Shown: piece after piece, positions 1 to 11,520 of the stretch
How the letters are laid out: each line of letters opens with the position of its first letter
Numbering within the stretch: the first letter of the stretch is position 1
NCBI RefSeq assembly: GCF_006345805.1
Contig: NC_043001.1
Location: 49,724,001-49,788,000 of the forward strand
Length of the DNA: 64,000 nt
From: Octopus sinensis
Lineage: Eukaryota
Direction: 5' to 3'
The notes under the pieces: generated by a model
Seen by the model: the letters and a program-made list of their open reading frames with translations, nothing else
What the model was told of the DNA's origin: nothing
The model's database searches: none
Made by a program: the position numbers and the translations under genes

Positions 1-593
1 TTTTTGCGAATTTGTTCTACACGCGAAAATTCATACGATCATGAAAAAAAAAATGTTCTTGTGTGTGTGTTTTAAGGGCTATTTAGCTGTTATTTATAGC
101 ACATCTCACGACCACCTGATACTCATTTCGTTTGTTTGTCCGTCTGACATAATAATGTTTTTCAATATCTTTCTCTCCATAAACACATTTAACAGTCTAT
201 TGCAGGGATTTAAGCTAAAAAGTCGGGGTCTCCGTATTTTAAACTGTGATCCAAAAAAAAAAAAATTCGAAAATTTTTTTTTTTTTTATTTCAAAAGATT
301 TTTTTTTGTCATAGTCGTGTGAATTCACGTGTGCTGAGCACAAATGCGCAAAAATTTTATGAAAATTCCAAGAAACAAAAAAGTTGAGGTGTTATAAGGG
401 GTGCTTAAAGCAGAATTCCACTGGTGTCTTGTCTGGTATCATAACAATTCTGCCAATCACCAACGCTTCATGCTTTGTGTGGAGGGGCAATTAAACATAA
501 AAAGCAGCCAATTAACTACACCTTAGTGGAAGATAGAGGTAAGGTTGACTATTATCAACTGGAAATAATACTTTATTTATTTCTCAAGAATAT

Positions 594-793
594 TCTTTTA
601 CTGGTTTCAGTCGTTTGACTGTGGCCATGCTGGAGCACTGCCTTGAAGCGTTTAGTTAGACAAATCAACCCCAGGACTTATATTTTAAAACCTAGTACTT
701 ATTCTATTTGTCTCTTTAGCTGAACCACTAAGTTATGGGTCGTAAATACATCAATGCCAGTTAAATGGTAATGGCAGACACAAAGACACACAC

Positions 794-842
<49 letters not shown>

Positions 843-1012
843 CACATATATGCAATGGTCTTCTTTCAGTTTCTGTCTACCAAATCTACTCGCAAAGCCT
901 TGGTCAACCCAAGGCTGTAGTAGACGACACTTGCCCAAAGTGCCATGCAGTCGGATTGAACTTGGAACCTTGCGATTGGGAAGCAAGCTTCTTACCATAC
1001 AGTCATGCCTGT
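594..1012 (-). mobile_element. tRNA-headed composite SINE (family A: head, internal microsatellite, tail)
   Basis: Same head (..cttcccaaccacatggttccgggttcagtccc..) and tail (..gactgtggccatgctggagcaccgcc..) as copies at 31301-31686 and 37851-38254. Internal (TA)n tract. Confidence 0.85.
797..850. repeat. (TA)n microsatellite, representative of many (TA)n, (CA)n, (GA)n, (TCTG)n and (CAT)n tracts, e.g. 22142-22190, 49490-49545, 57618-57670
   Basis: Directly visible. Confidence 0.95.
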
Positions 1013-1097
1013 GCTGTGCCTGGTCACTTTTTTCTTTTCTTTTTTTTTGTTTTTGTTAAATTGTCTCAAAACTTTTTTTGTTTGAAAATTGTTGTAG

Positions 1098-1465
1098 GCA
1101 TAGGCATGGCTGTGTGGTCAGAGGTTTACTTCCCAACCTCATGGTTTCAGATTCAATCCCTCTGTGTGGCACCTTGGACAAGCAGTTTTCTGCTGAAGCC
1201 TCTGGCTACAAAGGCCCATCATGTGTATTTATGTATGTTTGTGAATGTATTACTGTCTCCTTGACATTGCATGATAGTTGTAAATGAGTGTTACCATCAT
1301 GCAAGCAGTGTCCTTCATTTCCAATCTTCCATGGAAAATATATCTAACCATGGGGAAATATTACCTTACTTGGAAACGGGTGAAGGTTGGCTGCAGGAAG
1401 GGCATCCAACCAACCCATGTGAGCATGGAAAAGTGGACATAAAAACAACAATAATAATGATGATT
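1098..1465 (+). mobile_element. tRNA-headed SINE ending in an RTE-LINE-like 3' tail
   Basis: Family-A-like head, then ggaagggcatcc...ccatg..agcatggaaaagtggac..(gat)n, the tail shared with RTE fragments. Similar copies near 8495-8810 and 27110-27460. Confidence 0.75.
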
Positions 1466-3017
1466 AACTCTTTTGATACCAACCTACCCTAGGCTGCCAG
1501 TCATTCCATGAACCAAATTTCCTGTTTTAAAGAGACCTAAAATCTTCCACTGAAATTCCATGTTTATTAGTGTTCTAAATGTCAGTCATTTTACTAATTA
1601 CTTCATTGTTTTCATATTTGAAACAAAGGTGTTTTTCAATTGGAACATGATTGCGAAAGTATTGAATAAATTTAGGATTTGCCAGAGTTCTGCAGCTTTA
1701 CCGAAATACAATGAGTTAAATACTAGAAGCCTAGCAACAGGCTGCAACATTGACAGTTAATGAGTGGGAACAAATTAGAAGTGGATTAAATTGGTTTTCT
1801 GTGCTTGACCAGAATAAAAGTCTCCATTACTTTCCCAATTATCATCATGGCATGGGTTGAGCAGTTTGACAGGAGCTGATGAGGTAGAAAACTGCATCAA
1901 GCTCTGCTGTCCGATTTAGCATGGTTTCTAAGGCTAGAGTCCTGGATGCTTTCTTCTGTAGCACCAGTATCAGTGTGGTCACCATGCAGGACAAGACGCC
2001 GCCCCCTCAACTGAGGGGGTAGTAGTAGCATTGAGGGAGATGGCTTTGTTCCTGATGATGAAAGGCTAGAGTATGGTAGAGAGACAGAAACAGGTATTTT
2101 GTGGCAGAGGAAATAAATGATTACCCCAGTCGGAGAGAAGATGGTGAAGAAGTGTTGGCATGTATCTTCAGGTTTCAGGGAGGTATAAAAGCAGTACAGT
2201 CACTAGGATACAAAACCTTAACTAGTATGTAAATTCAGTACAAGCTAAACCAGGGAGCCTCTTCATGGTTCATTCAACCTGCTAGAAATAGCAGCTAAAT
2301 CACTCAAATCACAACATATTTTCTTATAAAAAAATGAACATAACACAGTGGATGGTGATGGACTCTTGCATTCATTTTGATATGAGTGTTCAGTTGTTTG
2401 ATCAACTGGACAGCCTATTTATTGAATTAGTTTGTGAAATGGTTGGGTATTCTGTCACATAAAAATAACCCAGTACTTTATAAGGTAGTTGGTGTTTGGC
2501 AGGGAATGCAGTCTTGTGGCTTGTCAACTCCTGTCAAACTGTCCAACCCATGCCAGCATGGAAGATGAATGTTCAGTCAACAGGATAGCGTATTTATTGA
2601 GTTAGTTTGTGAAGTGACATGGGTATCCTTAATGTAATTTTTATATGGAATTAGTGACATGTGTGCAACAGGCTGGGCTAGTTACTATCAACCCAATTTC
2701 ATTCTCAAACTTGGGTTGATCTGAGGCTATGGTAAATGCACTTAACCCCAGATAGTGCAGGGTACTGGGTGCAATATCTTATGGCTGTGAAGGGAACTTC
2801 TTAACCATTCAGCTATGCTTGCATCTGTTGGATAATTTTGCTTCTAACAAAATGACAAGATGGTCACAGCTGGAACATTTTTGACTACAGGTCTGCTCAG
2901 TCAATGCTAACTTTGGGCTAAAGCACATGTAAATATTAGGGAAGAGCTGTGTTCCTGTCTGTTGGTCTTGCTATAACAAGCTATGAATGTTCATTACATC
3001 TACCCTTTAGCATTTAA

Positions 3018-3237
3018 CCCTTTCGTTACCAACCTGGCTGAAACCGGCTCTGGCTCTGAGTACAAATGTCTTGTTTACATAAGTTTTGAATTAAAATCTT
3101 CCACCAAACCTTAGTCACAATTTAGGTTCCTAACACTAGCTGAATGATAACTAAGTTATTTTACTAAATTTTTTGTTATATTTAAAATAATTGGAAGAAA
3201 CACAGATCATCTCAAAATAAATACAGTAACGAAAGAG
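3018..3237 (+). mobile_element. piggyBac-type MITE (about 220 bp) with TTAA target duplication, nested in another TTAA MITE
   Basis: TTAA(3014-3017)-CCCTTTCGTTAC...GTAACGAAAGAG-TTAA(3238-3241). The flanks rejoin as ccctttagcatttaaactgg, the start of the host MITE family. Confidence 0.85.
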
Positions 3238-3789
3238 TTAAACTGGTCATATCTGGTCCAGATATTCTACTTGTTTTACATTCAAACTGGCCAGATCCGG
3301 CCTCTCACACCTACCATACAATACCATTTCTAAAAATATATAAAATCACATCATTGAAATCTTGAAACTACAGAATAATGTATGATTGATTGAAAACAAT
3401 GTGAATAAAGAATTATTACATTTCACAGAGTAATCTAAATGCTGATATTTTAGTTAAGCTCTTCCTGTTTTCTTCCCTCCTTCTCTCTTCCTCACACTCA
3501 CACACACAAAAGGAATAACTCATCCAAATGATTCTCTATCTTTCCTCTTGATTTTCTGTTCATTATGAAAAGTGGAAGTAGATGAATATTCCTTAAAAAA
3601 CTGGTTTTATGAATGTTCTGCAGTAAGTGGCATTTGGAAGGGCATTGAGCTCTAAAGACCATGCCAAAACAGATGGTGAAACCTGGTGCAGTCTTCTGCC
3701 GAGCCAGCCCCTGTCAAACCATTCAGCACATGCCAGTATGGAAAACGGATGTTAAATGATGATGATTCTATTTGTCTTGTCACAAGTGT

Positions 3790-3990
3790 ACTTTACTCTT
3801 TTACTTTTTTCTGTCATTTGACTGTGGCCATGCCGGAGCACCGCCTTTAGTCGAGAAAATCGACCCCAGGACTTATTCTTTGTAAGCCTAGTACTTTTTC
3901 TATCGGTCTCTTTTGCTGAACTGCTAAATTATGGGGACGTAAACACACCACCACTGGTTACAAGCAATGTTGGTGGGGACAAACACAGTT
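3790..3990 (-). mobile_element. Family A SINE tail fragment
   Basis: Matches the tail of 31301-31500 almost exactly. Confidence 0.8.
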
Positions 3991-5684
3991 TGTGTAAAAG
4001 TGATAACAATTGTGTATTGTACTTACTCAATATCAATAACTAACCAAACCTGGAGCATTGTTTTATAAAATAAAAGCTATGTATTTGTCTAAGTCTCAAT
4101 ACACTGTTTATTAATATTACAGAATATATGAAATAGACAGAAATAGTACATTATATTATCTGCCCTGAATATAGTCTTCTGTCGATAGTGTAATACAAAG
4201 GAAACCTGTTTTCTTTCAACAGTCATGAACCTGAATTATTGGTTGGGTGGAGAGATCAAAATGGAACAATAAACAGCAGGAAACAAAATTTTTGTATCTC
4301 TTATACAAGTTTATAGCTGAGGTATTTTTTAGTCACTATAATACATATGACAGATCACTGATAAGTGCTTCTAGTAACATAGGTACAAATTGACTGTTGC
4401 TTAGTCAGGTTTTTTGGTTATTGAGCTGACCTCTATCACCAAATTTGCCTGCTAAAAATGGTTGCTGAAAATTCAGTTGCTAACCTGCAGAATGCAGCCA
4501 GGAAACCTGAGCATGACTTAGTGCAGGAAAATCAACTCAGATTACTCAATACATTATGGAGAGATGGTGTTGGTGCCACATGAAAAGAACTCGGTCCACT
4601 CTGTAAAGTGATTGGCATTAGGGAGGGCATCCAACCATAGAAATCAAGCCAAAACAGACAATAAAACCTAGGACAGTCCCACTATGTGGCATCTTGAACA
4701 AGTGTCTTCTTCTATAGCTCCAGACCAATCAGTGCCATACTGGTATTTTTGGTAGGTGGAAACTATGTGGAAGCCTGTCGTGTGTGTGTGTGTGTGTGTG
4801 TTTGCTTGTCTCTTCATTGCTTAGCAACTGGTGGTTTATGCCCTATAACTCAGCAAAAAGACTTGATAACCAAATTCAAAAACTACTGGGGTCTATTTGT
4901 TCAGTTAAAATCTGCCTTCAAGACAGTGCTTAAATGGAAATGCATGCAGTCAGGTTACTTAAACAAAAGAAAAAAAAAATTGTACCTGGTTCAAATATTT
5001 TATTTCTAAAAAATCTAAAAAAAAAAAAAATCATGATCTTTCTAAACGCCCAGTGCCTCTCCCCCAACACCCTTTCAGCATTTACTCTGTGCTCACAATT
5101 TTCTGAAGGGGTCATTACTGCACAGGTTAAAAACCACTGTGCTACTGCCACATAATGCATCTGTCAGTGCCAAATAGTGCAACCATGCCAGTGTCACATA
5201 ATGGGCACTCAGTACACTATGAAGTGGTTGGTGTTAGGAAGGGCATCCACCTGTAGAAACCATGCCAACATACAATTGGAGCTTTGTACAGCTCTCTGGC
5301 TAACCAGCTCCTGTCAAACTGTCTAACTCATGCCAGCATGAAAAATGGATAGAAAGAGAGAGAGAGAGAGAGGATCTCTCCATTTCTGGATATGCTTTCA
5401 TGGAAGATCAGAAATGAATAACACTTCTTGTATGATTCTGGCACTTGTTTACAACATGGGATGTCAAAACAAGAGGACAACTTGTATTTTATCGAATAAA
5501 TCTACACTTCAGAATTTTGAGATATTTTTACATAATTTTGATAAATATATCTGTTAAAATGAGATGTCAGTGTTGTTTTCATTTTTGTGTAATTTAGATG
5601 ACAACTTATTCACCCTGTTTGTATGTATATATATATTTATTCACCCTGTTTGTATGTATATGTATATTTGTATGTATATATGTG

Positions 5685-6000
5685 TGAAGGTGCATGGCTT
5701 AGTGGTTGGAGCATTCAGCTCATGATCATAAGGTCATGAGTTCAATTCCCGGCTTCGCATTGTGTCCTTGAGCAAGACACTTTATTTCATGTTGCTCCAA
5801 TCCACTCAGCTGGCAAAAATGTGTAGTACCTGTATTTCAAAGGGCCAGCCTTGTCACGGTCTGTATCATACTGAATCTCCCCGAGAACTATGTTAAGAGT
5901 ATACGTGTCTGTGGAGTGCTCAGCCACTTACACGTTAATTTCACGAGCAAGCTGTTCCGTTGATCGTATCAGCTGGGACATTCATCATCACAACTGACAA
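5685..6000 (+). mobile_element. tRNA-headed SINE with a CORE-like central part
   Basis: Pol III A box (tggcttagtgg) and B box (gagttcaattccc), then ccttgagcaagacactt. Related copies at 30437-30680 (+), 55960-56215 (-) and 61945-62070 (+). Confidence 0.75.
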
Positions 6001-6008
6001 AGTGCTCC

Positions 6009-6040
<32 letters not shown>

Positions 6041-6041
<1 letters not shown>

Positions 6042-6665
6042 CATCATCATCATCATTTAGCATCGGCTTTCCATGCTAGCATGGGTTGGACGGTTCAACT
6101 GGGGTCTGGGAAGCCAGAAGGCTGCACCAGGCCCAGTCTGATCTGGCAATGTTTCTACGGCTGGATGCCCTTCCTAACGCCAACCACTCCGTGAGTGTAG
6201 TGAGTCCTTTTTACGTGCCACTGGCACAGGTGCCAGACGAGGCTAGCAACGGCCACGATTGGATGGTGCTTTTTACGTGCCACCGGTACGAGGCCTGTCG
6301 GGGCGGCACTGGCAACAGCCACATTCGGATGGTTCTCTTACGTACCACCGGCACTGGTATCACAGCTACAATTTCCATTGATGTTGATCGATTTTGATTT
6401 TGATTTTGGATTTTCACTTGCCGCAACAGGTCTTCACAAGTAGAGTTTTGTGTCCCAAGAAGGAAAGGTATGCATAAGTGGACTGGCTACATCCCATGTA
6501 GAGGCCACAGGTTATGGTCTCACTTGTCCTGCCGGGTCTTCTCACGCACAGCATACTTCCAAAGGTCTCGGTCTCTAGTCATTTCCTCGGTGAGACCTAA
6601 AGTTCGAAGGTCGTGCTTCACCACCTCGTCCCAGGTTTTCCTGGGTCTGCCTCTTCCACAGGTTA
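6041..6665 (-). mobile_element. 5'-truncated RTE-clade LINE: ORF C-terminus, 3' UTR and (GAT)n tail
   Basis: Minus ORF ends ...RGRPRKTWDEVVKHDLRTLGLTEEMTRDRDLWKYAVREKTRQDK*, the RTE C-terminal G.R.RGRP..TW...DR..W motif. Tail reads (CAT)n on +. Confidence 0.9.
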
Positions 6666-6717
6666 TATGATCAATAAGTATCCAGATTATTGCCATAGTA
6701 ATAGAAGCTACAAGCAT

Positions 6718-7464
6718 GTAGAGTGAAGCTGCTTGGCAGATTGAACTTGAACTCTGTTGTGCAGGTGCACTAAGTTTTAACAAACTTCCACTGTTTACAG
6801 CAGTGCTTGAAAGGAATGTGTGTAGCATGTGATCATCGCATTGACCATGACAGAGAAAGCTGAGCAGAGAATCTGCATCAAATTTTGCCAAAAGCTTGGC
6901 GATACCTGCTCAGAGGCCTACACAAAGTTTTCAAAAAATTTTCATCATTCCCAACACAATCAAGGACATCTTGTGCAACTGAAACCTGAGTGTCTTTTTG
7001 GTCAGCTGAAAGCAGTTTTGGTACAAACTTGGCAGATGCGTGTTACATAGCCAAATGTTCAGTGATAATGGTCTGAACAGAACCATAGTCTGCACATCCT
7101 CTGATAACTCACAGATGAGAATACAGTGATTTCCCCTCATAGCTGCACGCACATCTGCAATGTTTTTCTCAGTTCTGCTGGTTGCAGGACTTCCAGAACG
7201 TTCCTCACTATCGACATTTTTATGGCCATTTTGGAAACATCTGAATCACTCATACACTCCACACACTCTCTGCATCTTTGTGCAGGCCTCTGAGCAGGTA
7301 TCATAATGACAACCTTCTCTGTCATGGTCAATGCAGTGATCACACACTACACATCTTCCTTCCAAGCACTGCTGTAAACAGCAGAAGTGAGCTAGACTGT
7401 TAAAACTTAGTGTACATGCACAGCAGAGTCCAAGGTCAATCTGTACTAAGTGGCTTCACTCTAC
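6718..7464. mobile_element. Mariner-derived foldback element: about 200-bp inverted arms around a decayed transposase N-terminus
   Basis: 6718-6927 is the reverse complement of 7276-7464. The left arm encodes MTEKAEQRICIKFCQKLGDTCSEAY. The centre (-) gives EWFRCFQNG..EERSGSPATSRTEKNIADVRAA..GSVQTIITEHL..SAKFVPKLLSADQK, a frameshifted mariner HTH region. Confidence 0.9.
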
Positions 7465-9066
7465 CGGCTTTAGCTTCATTACTATGGTCTCACTTATTGA
7501 TCAGACCTCATGTGAATGTAATGGGTTTCTTTTCATTTTCCCCATCTTCCACTCACAAGACTTTGGTTTGCTTGAGGCTATAGTAGAAGACAATTTCCCA
7601 AGGTGGAACCGAATCTGGAGCCATGTGGTTGGGAAGCAAACTTCTTGCCACTGCATTCCAGCCATTTCTGTACAAATCAATAATCTGTTAGTAATGGTAC
7701 AGAATTAGACTGAAGATGTTTAAGTATCCAGTTTTGTCTGTTTGTAGTCACCTCAGAATCAACTCCATTTTGAGGGTCAATGGAATATGTACCCTCTTCA
7801 TGTACTGGATGGATTCATTCGTCTATACAACCCCCCATCCCTCTACAAATGTTGATCTTGTGACGCACACACACCCCGCCCCCGCCCATTAAAAAAATCA
7901 TCATTTTAACATTTAACTATTTTGTAATTTTTACATGCTGACAATCCCTATCCGTAAAAGTCAAATAAATTTCTTGCTTGCTGAGGACACCCTTGCCTTT
8001 GTATATACATACATATCTGAATGCACTAATCTGAAAGCAAGTGTAAACATTACTTGTCACAATAATCACATGAAGTAACTCAAAAATGTAATACTCTATC
8101 CCTGTCAGTTTACATGAGGGGTCATGTTTTGCAGGCTGAAACTGGCCAGGGTGGTGGTGGTGTGTGTACACAAACACGTATTTCTTATGTAATTTGATCA
8201 AACATTTTCATGACATACACTCCTTTATAAATGGTAATGCTACAAAAACTGCTGATTAACATGATTTATGTTCTTCAGAAATCATTATTATTATTATTTT
8301 TTTTTTTTTTTTTTGCATGCTCTCACTGCAACCAACACAGCTCTGTGTGCTTTTGGTATTACAGTGTTTCATCTTGGTTTTATTTTTACAGTTTGGAAAG
8401 AACTCCATCTAATATATGTACAAGGTCTAGTAACACTATCTTCTGTGTTTTATGGTTATTAATAAGTCCTTGAATTTTGGTTATATAATAGACACCGGTA
8501 TGACTGTAGTTGAGAGGTTTGCTTTTCAACCACATGATTCTGGGTTTAGTCCCCTGCATGGTACTTAGGGCAGGTGTCTTCTATAGTCCCAGATTGACCA
8601 AAGCCTTATGAGTGGATTTGGTATGAATGAGTCTCCTTCTCTTGAGATCGATTGTTAGTTGTAAATGATGGTCATACAAGCAGTCATTTATTTCCAATAT
8701 TCTGCGACATGTCTGGCTACAGGGAATTATCACCTTGTTTAGAAACAGGTGAGGGTTGGCAAAAGGAAGGGCATCTGACCATAGAAAATATCATTCCCAA
8801 AGCAACTATTACGGGGATTGTTTCTGCTTTCAGGCCCCACATTCAGGTTATCTTTATTTCCAGATCTTTATATTTGGATAATTTCTGCCACTCTTTTCAA
8901 AATACATTATCTTCTGTTGGGACTGATGCCATTTAGGGGACCTATCTTTTCTTGATGATTCTTGATAACAGTATCTGATCCATTAACCTTGATTTCCTTG
9001 CCTGTGTGTATTGGCTATTATCCCAGGGAGCTGCAGTTTTGGACACCATTGCTATATACTTATTAA

Positions 9067-9284
9067 CCCTTTAATATTCAGATTATTTTGTCAAAAATAA
9101 TGTTTGCTTATTTATATTGTTTTGAACTAATCCTGCACCATGTCATAGCTTTGAGATTCCAGTGATGTGATTGTTTAGTCTTCAAATGACATTGTTGTAT
9201 TGAGGCGATAAGCTGGATCTGACCAGTTTCAACATAAGAGATTAAATAATTTGGCTGGATGTGGCTGGTTTGAATGCTAAAGGG
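9067..9284. mobile_element. piggyBac-type MITE (about 220 bp) flanked by TTAA
   Basis: TTAA-CCCTTTA...TAAAGGG-TTAA. Same family at about 3003-3447 (interrupted), 22250-22467, 31780-31980, 40710-40937 and 61680-61910. Confidence 0.8.
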
Positions 9285-9619
9285 TTAAACCCAAAAGTCA
9301 TCATTATAATACATACCTTCTTTTATTGATCTACCTAACCATACTTGATACTAACAAAACTTGTAATTTGTCATCATTATCTGATCTTTGGGTACCTTCA
9401 ACAGAGCTCATTTTGTTGTAAACATCTTCCATATGTTTTTCTGCTGATGGTCAAGCTGCTAGGCATCACGTCAGATCATCAATTTTACCATTCAGAGAGT
9501 GGGCTTGCTAAGGGTCAGTTGCGCTACCTTTCATTTTGGTTAACTTAAATATGATAAGAATTATATGAAATGTAACCCTTTTGATATGAACTTGCTTGAG
9601 ACTGCCCTTGGTCCTATGA

Positions 9620-10060
9620 TACATCATCAACATCATTTACGTCCATTTTCTATGTCAGCATGGGTTGTATGGCTTGACAGGAACTGGCAAAGCCAGGAAC
9701 CACACTAAGTTCCATAGTCTGTTTTGGCTTGCTTCCTTCAGCTTGATGCCCTTCCTAATGCTAAACACTTTACAGTGTGTACTGGGTGCTTTTTATGTGG
9801 CACCAGCACCAGTGCTTTTTATGTGGCACCAACACCAGTGCTTTTTTGTGTGTCACTGTTGCCAGCACTTTTTTGCGTGTCACCGTTGCAAGCACTTTTT
9901 TGCATGTCACTGTCGCCAGCGCTTTTTTGCAGGTCACCTTCGCCAGGGCTTTTTTACATGAAACCTTGGTTTTAAGATCTCAATTTTGTTGTGGTGTGCA
10001 GGTCCTTTTGAGTACAGCAGTGTGCCACATACCTCAGTCCTCTGTCATCTCATTACTGCT
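9620..10060 (-). mobile_element. RTE-type 3' UTR fragment with an internal 24-bp tandem repeat
   Basis: catcatttacgtcc...gatgcccttcctaatgc tail. The unit gttgccagcacttttttgcgtgtcac(c/t) recurs about 4-5 times at 9830-9960. Confidence 0.75.
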
Positions 10061-10129
10061 TTGAGGTGATCGAAATTTAAATCTATCAAAGTGTCATGTT
10101 AATTTATGTTCTAAACACCAGGTTTTATA

Positions 10130-10570
10130 ATCCTTTCTACAATAGGCGCAAGGCCTGGAATTTGAGCTGGTCGGGGTCTAGCTGATTACATTGACTCTAG
10201 GGCCCAACTAATACTTTTTTTATCGACCCTTAAAGGATGAAAGGTAAAGTCAAACTTGGCAGAATTTGAACTCAGAATGTAAAGATGGATGAAATACCAC
10301 TAAGCATTTTGTCTAGTGCACTAACAATTCTGCCACCTTATCGCCTAATCACCAAATTTAATTTCAAATTTTGGCACAAGGCCAGCAAGTTCAGGGGAGG
10401 ATACAAGTCTATTACATTGACACCAGTTTTCAGCTGCTACTAATTTTAGTGACACCAAAAGCGACAAATGGTAAAGTCAACCCCAGTGGCATTTGAACTC
10501 AGAACATAAAGTTGGAAGGAATGCTAGCTAAGCATTTTGTCTAGCACAGTAATGATTCTGCCAGCTTGCT
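10130..10570 (-). mobile_element. Two tandem copies of tRNA-headed SINE family B
   Basis: Consensus ggcgagctggcagaatcgttagc...gagttcaaattc...gcctttcatcctttcggggtcgataa read on -. Many other copies (11830, 25930, 26030, 29800, 35315, 37150, 39400-40460, 54560). Confidence 0.8.
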
Positions 10571-11128
10571 ACCAGATTTAACAATGAACCCTAACCCTAA
10601 CCCAGTTGTTTCACTAAATTCTTCATTATTTTTCAAAATTAAAAAAAAAATAAAAAGGCTGGGGGTAGAATATTTTAACAGGAATATGGTAACTAAAGGA
10701 TGAAGTCTACAGCTATAATCAAGGTAGATCTTAGCTATGTCCCTGATTGTTGGAGATTATGGGTGTGCTCTTATTGGCTCAGAATAAACATTTTGATTAG
10801 TGAGGAGGAGGTGACTGTGCCAGTTTAGTTTTTAAATAGGGTCAAATATACTTCCTACTTTGTCAACAAAAGGAATTGAGGGATTACCTTGGTGTTTACT
10901 TATGAATTATTCTAACATATTGTCTCATTATAGTCAACAAATGTTAATGTTCAGTTCCCACTGGGATTTGTGTGTTTGAGTATGGTGGGAGTGAAATGGG
11001 ATCATTACCTTTTAATTATGGATGTTTCTTTTGTTTTTATTTTATTTATGTATCACCTGTTCTCTCTCATCCTTTTTACTGTTTTAGCGAATCTTAGTAG
11101 AAATAGATTTAATACTTATTTATTTTCT

Positions 11129-11164
<36 letters not shown>

Positions 11165-11169
<5 letters not shown>

Positions 11170-11520
11170 CATCATCATCATTTAACGTCCGCTTTCCATG
11201 CTAGCATGGGTTGGATGATTTGACTGAGGACTGGTGAACCAGATGGCTGCACCAGGCTTCAATCTGATCTGTCAGAGTTTCTACAGCTGGATGCCCTTCC
11301 TAACGCCAACCACTCTGAGAGTGTAGTGGGTGCTTTTATGTTCCACCGGCACGAGGGCCAGTCAAGCAGTACTGACAACGGCTACGCTCAAATGGTGTTT
11401 TTTACATGCCACCTGCACAGGAGCCAGTCCAGAGGCACTGGCAACGACCTTGCTCAAATGTTTTTTCACATGCTACTGGCACAAGTGCCAGTGACGTGAC
11501 GCTGGTAATGATCAGGCTCT
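11165..11520 (-). mobile_element. RTE-type LINE 3' end
   Basis: (cat)n-ttaacgtccgctttccatgctagcatgggttgg...gatgcccttcctaacgccaaccac, the same tail as 6041-6200. Further copies at 12315, 33860, 38905 and 60800. Confidence 0.8.

Noticed and set aside
5605-5670. About 33-bp direct duplication (ttattcaccctgtttgtatgtatat..)
   Set aside because: Ordinary slippage next to a (TA)n tract.
5685-5770. tRNA-like sequences (also 20420-20488, 30437-30510, 37851-37915 and family B heads)
   Set aside because: A and B boxes are present, but each continues into a repeated SINE body, with no complete cloverleaf or 3' acceptor stem. They are SINE heads, not tRNA genes.
8391-8423. Possible 33-nt phase-1 micro-exon (VWKELHLIYVQ) upstream of the first POGLUT1 exon
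   Set aside because: The acceptor is plausible but the donor (gtctag) is poor and the peptide does not resemble the family N-terminus.
10586-10603. Telomere-like (CCCTAA)n snippet, and degenerate TTAGGG-like run at about 63830-63885
   Set aside because: Only 2-3 exact units or heavily degenerate. Too short to call an interstitial telomere or fusion site.
11046-11097. Hydrophobic ATG-ORF MYHLFSLILFTVLANL as the POGLUT1 signal peptide
   Set aside because: It would need a weak gtagaa donor. Hydrophobic peptides arise readily from T-rich DNA.
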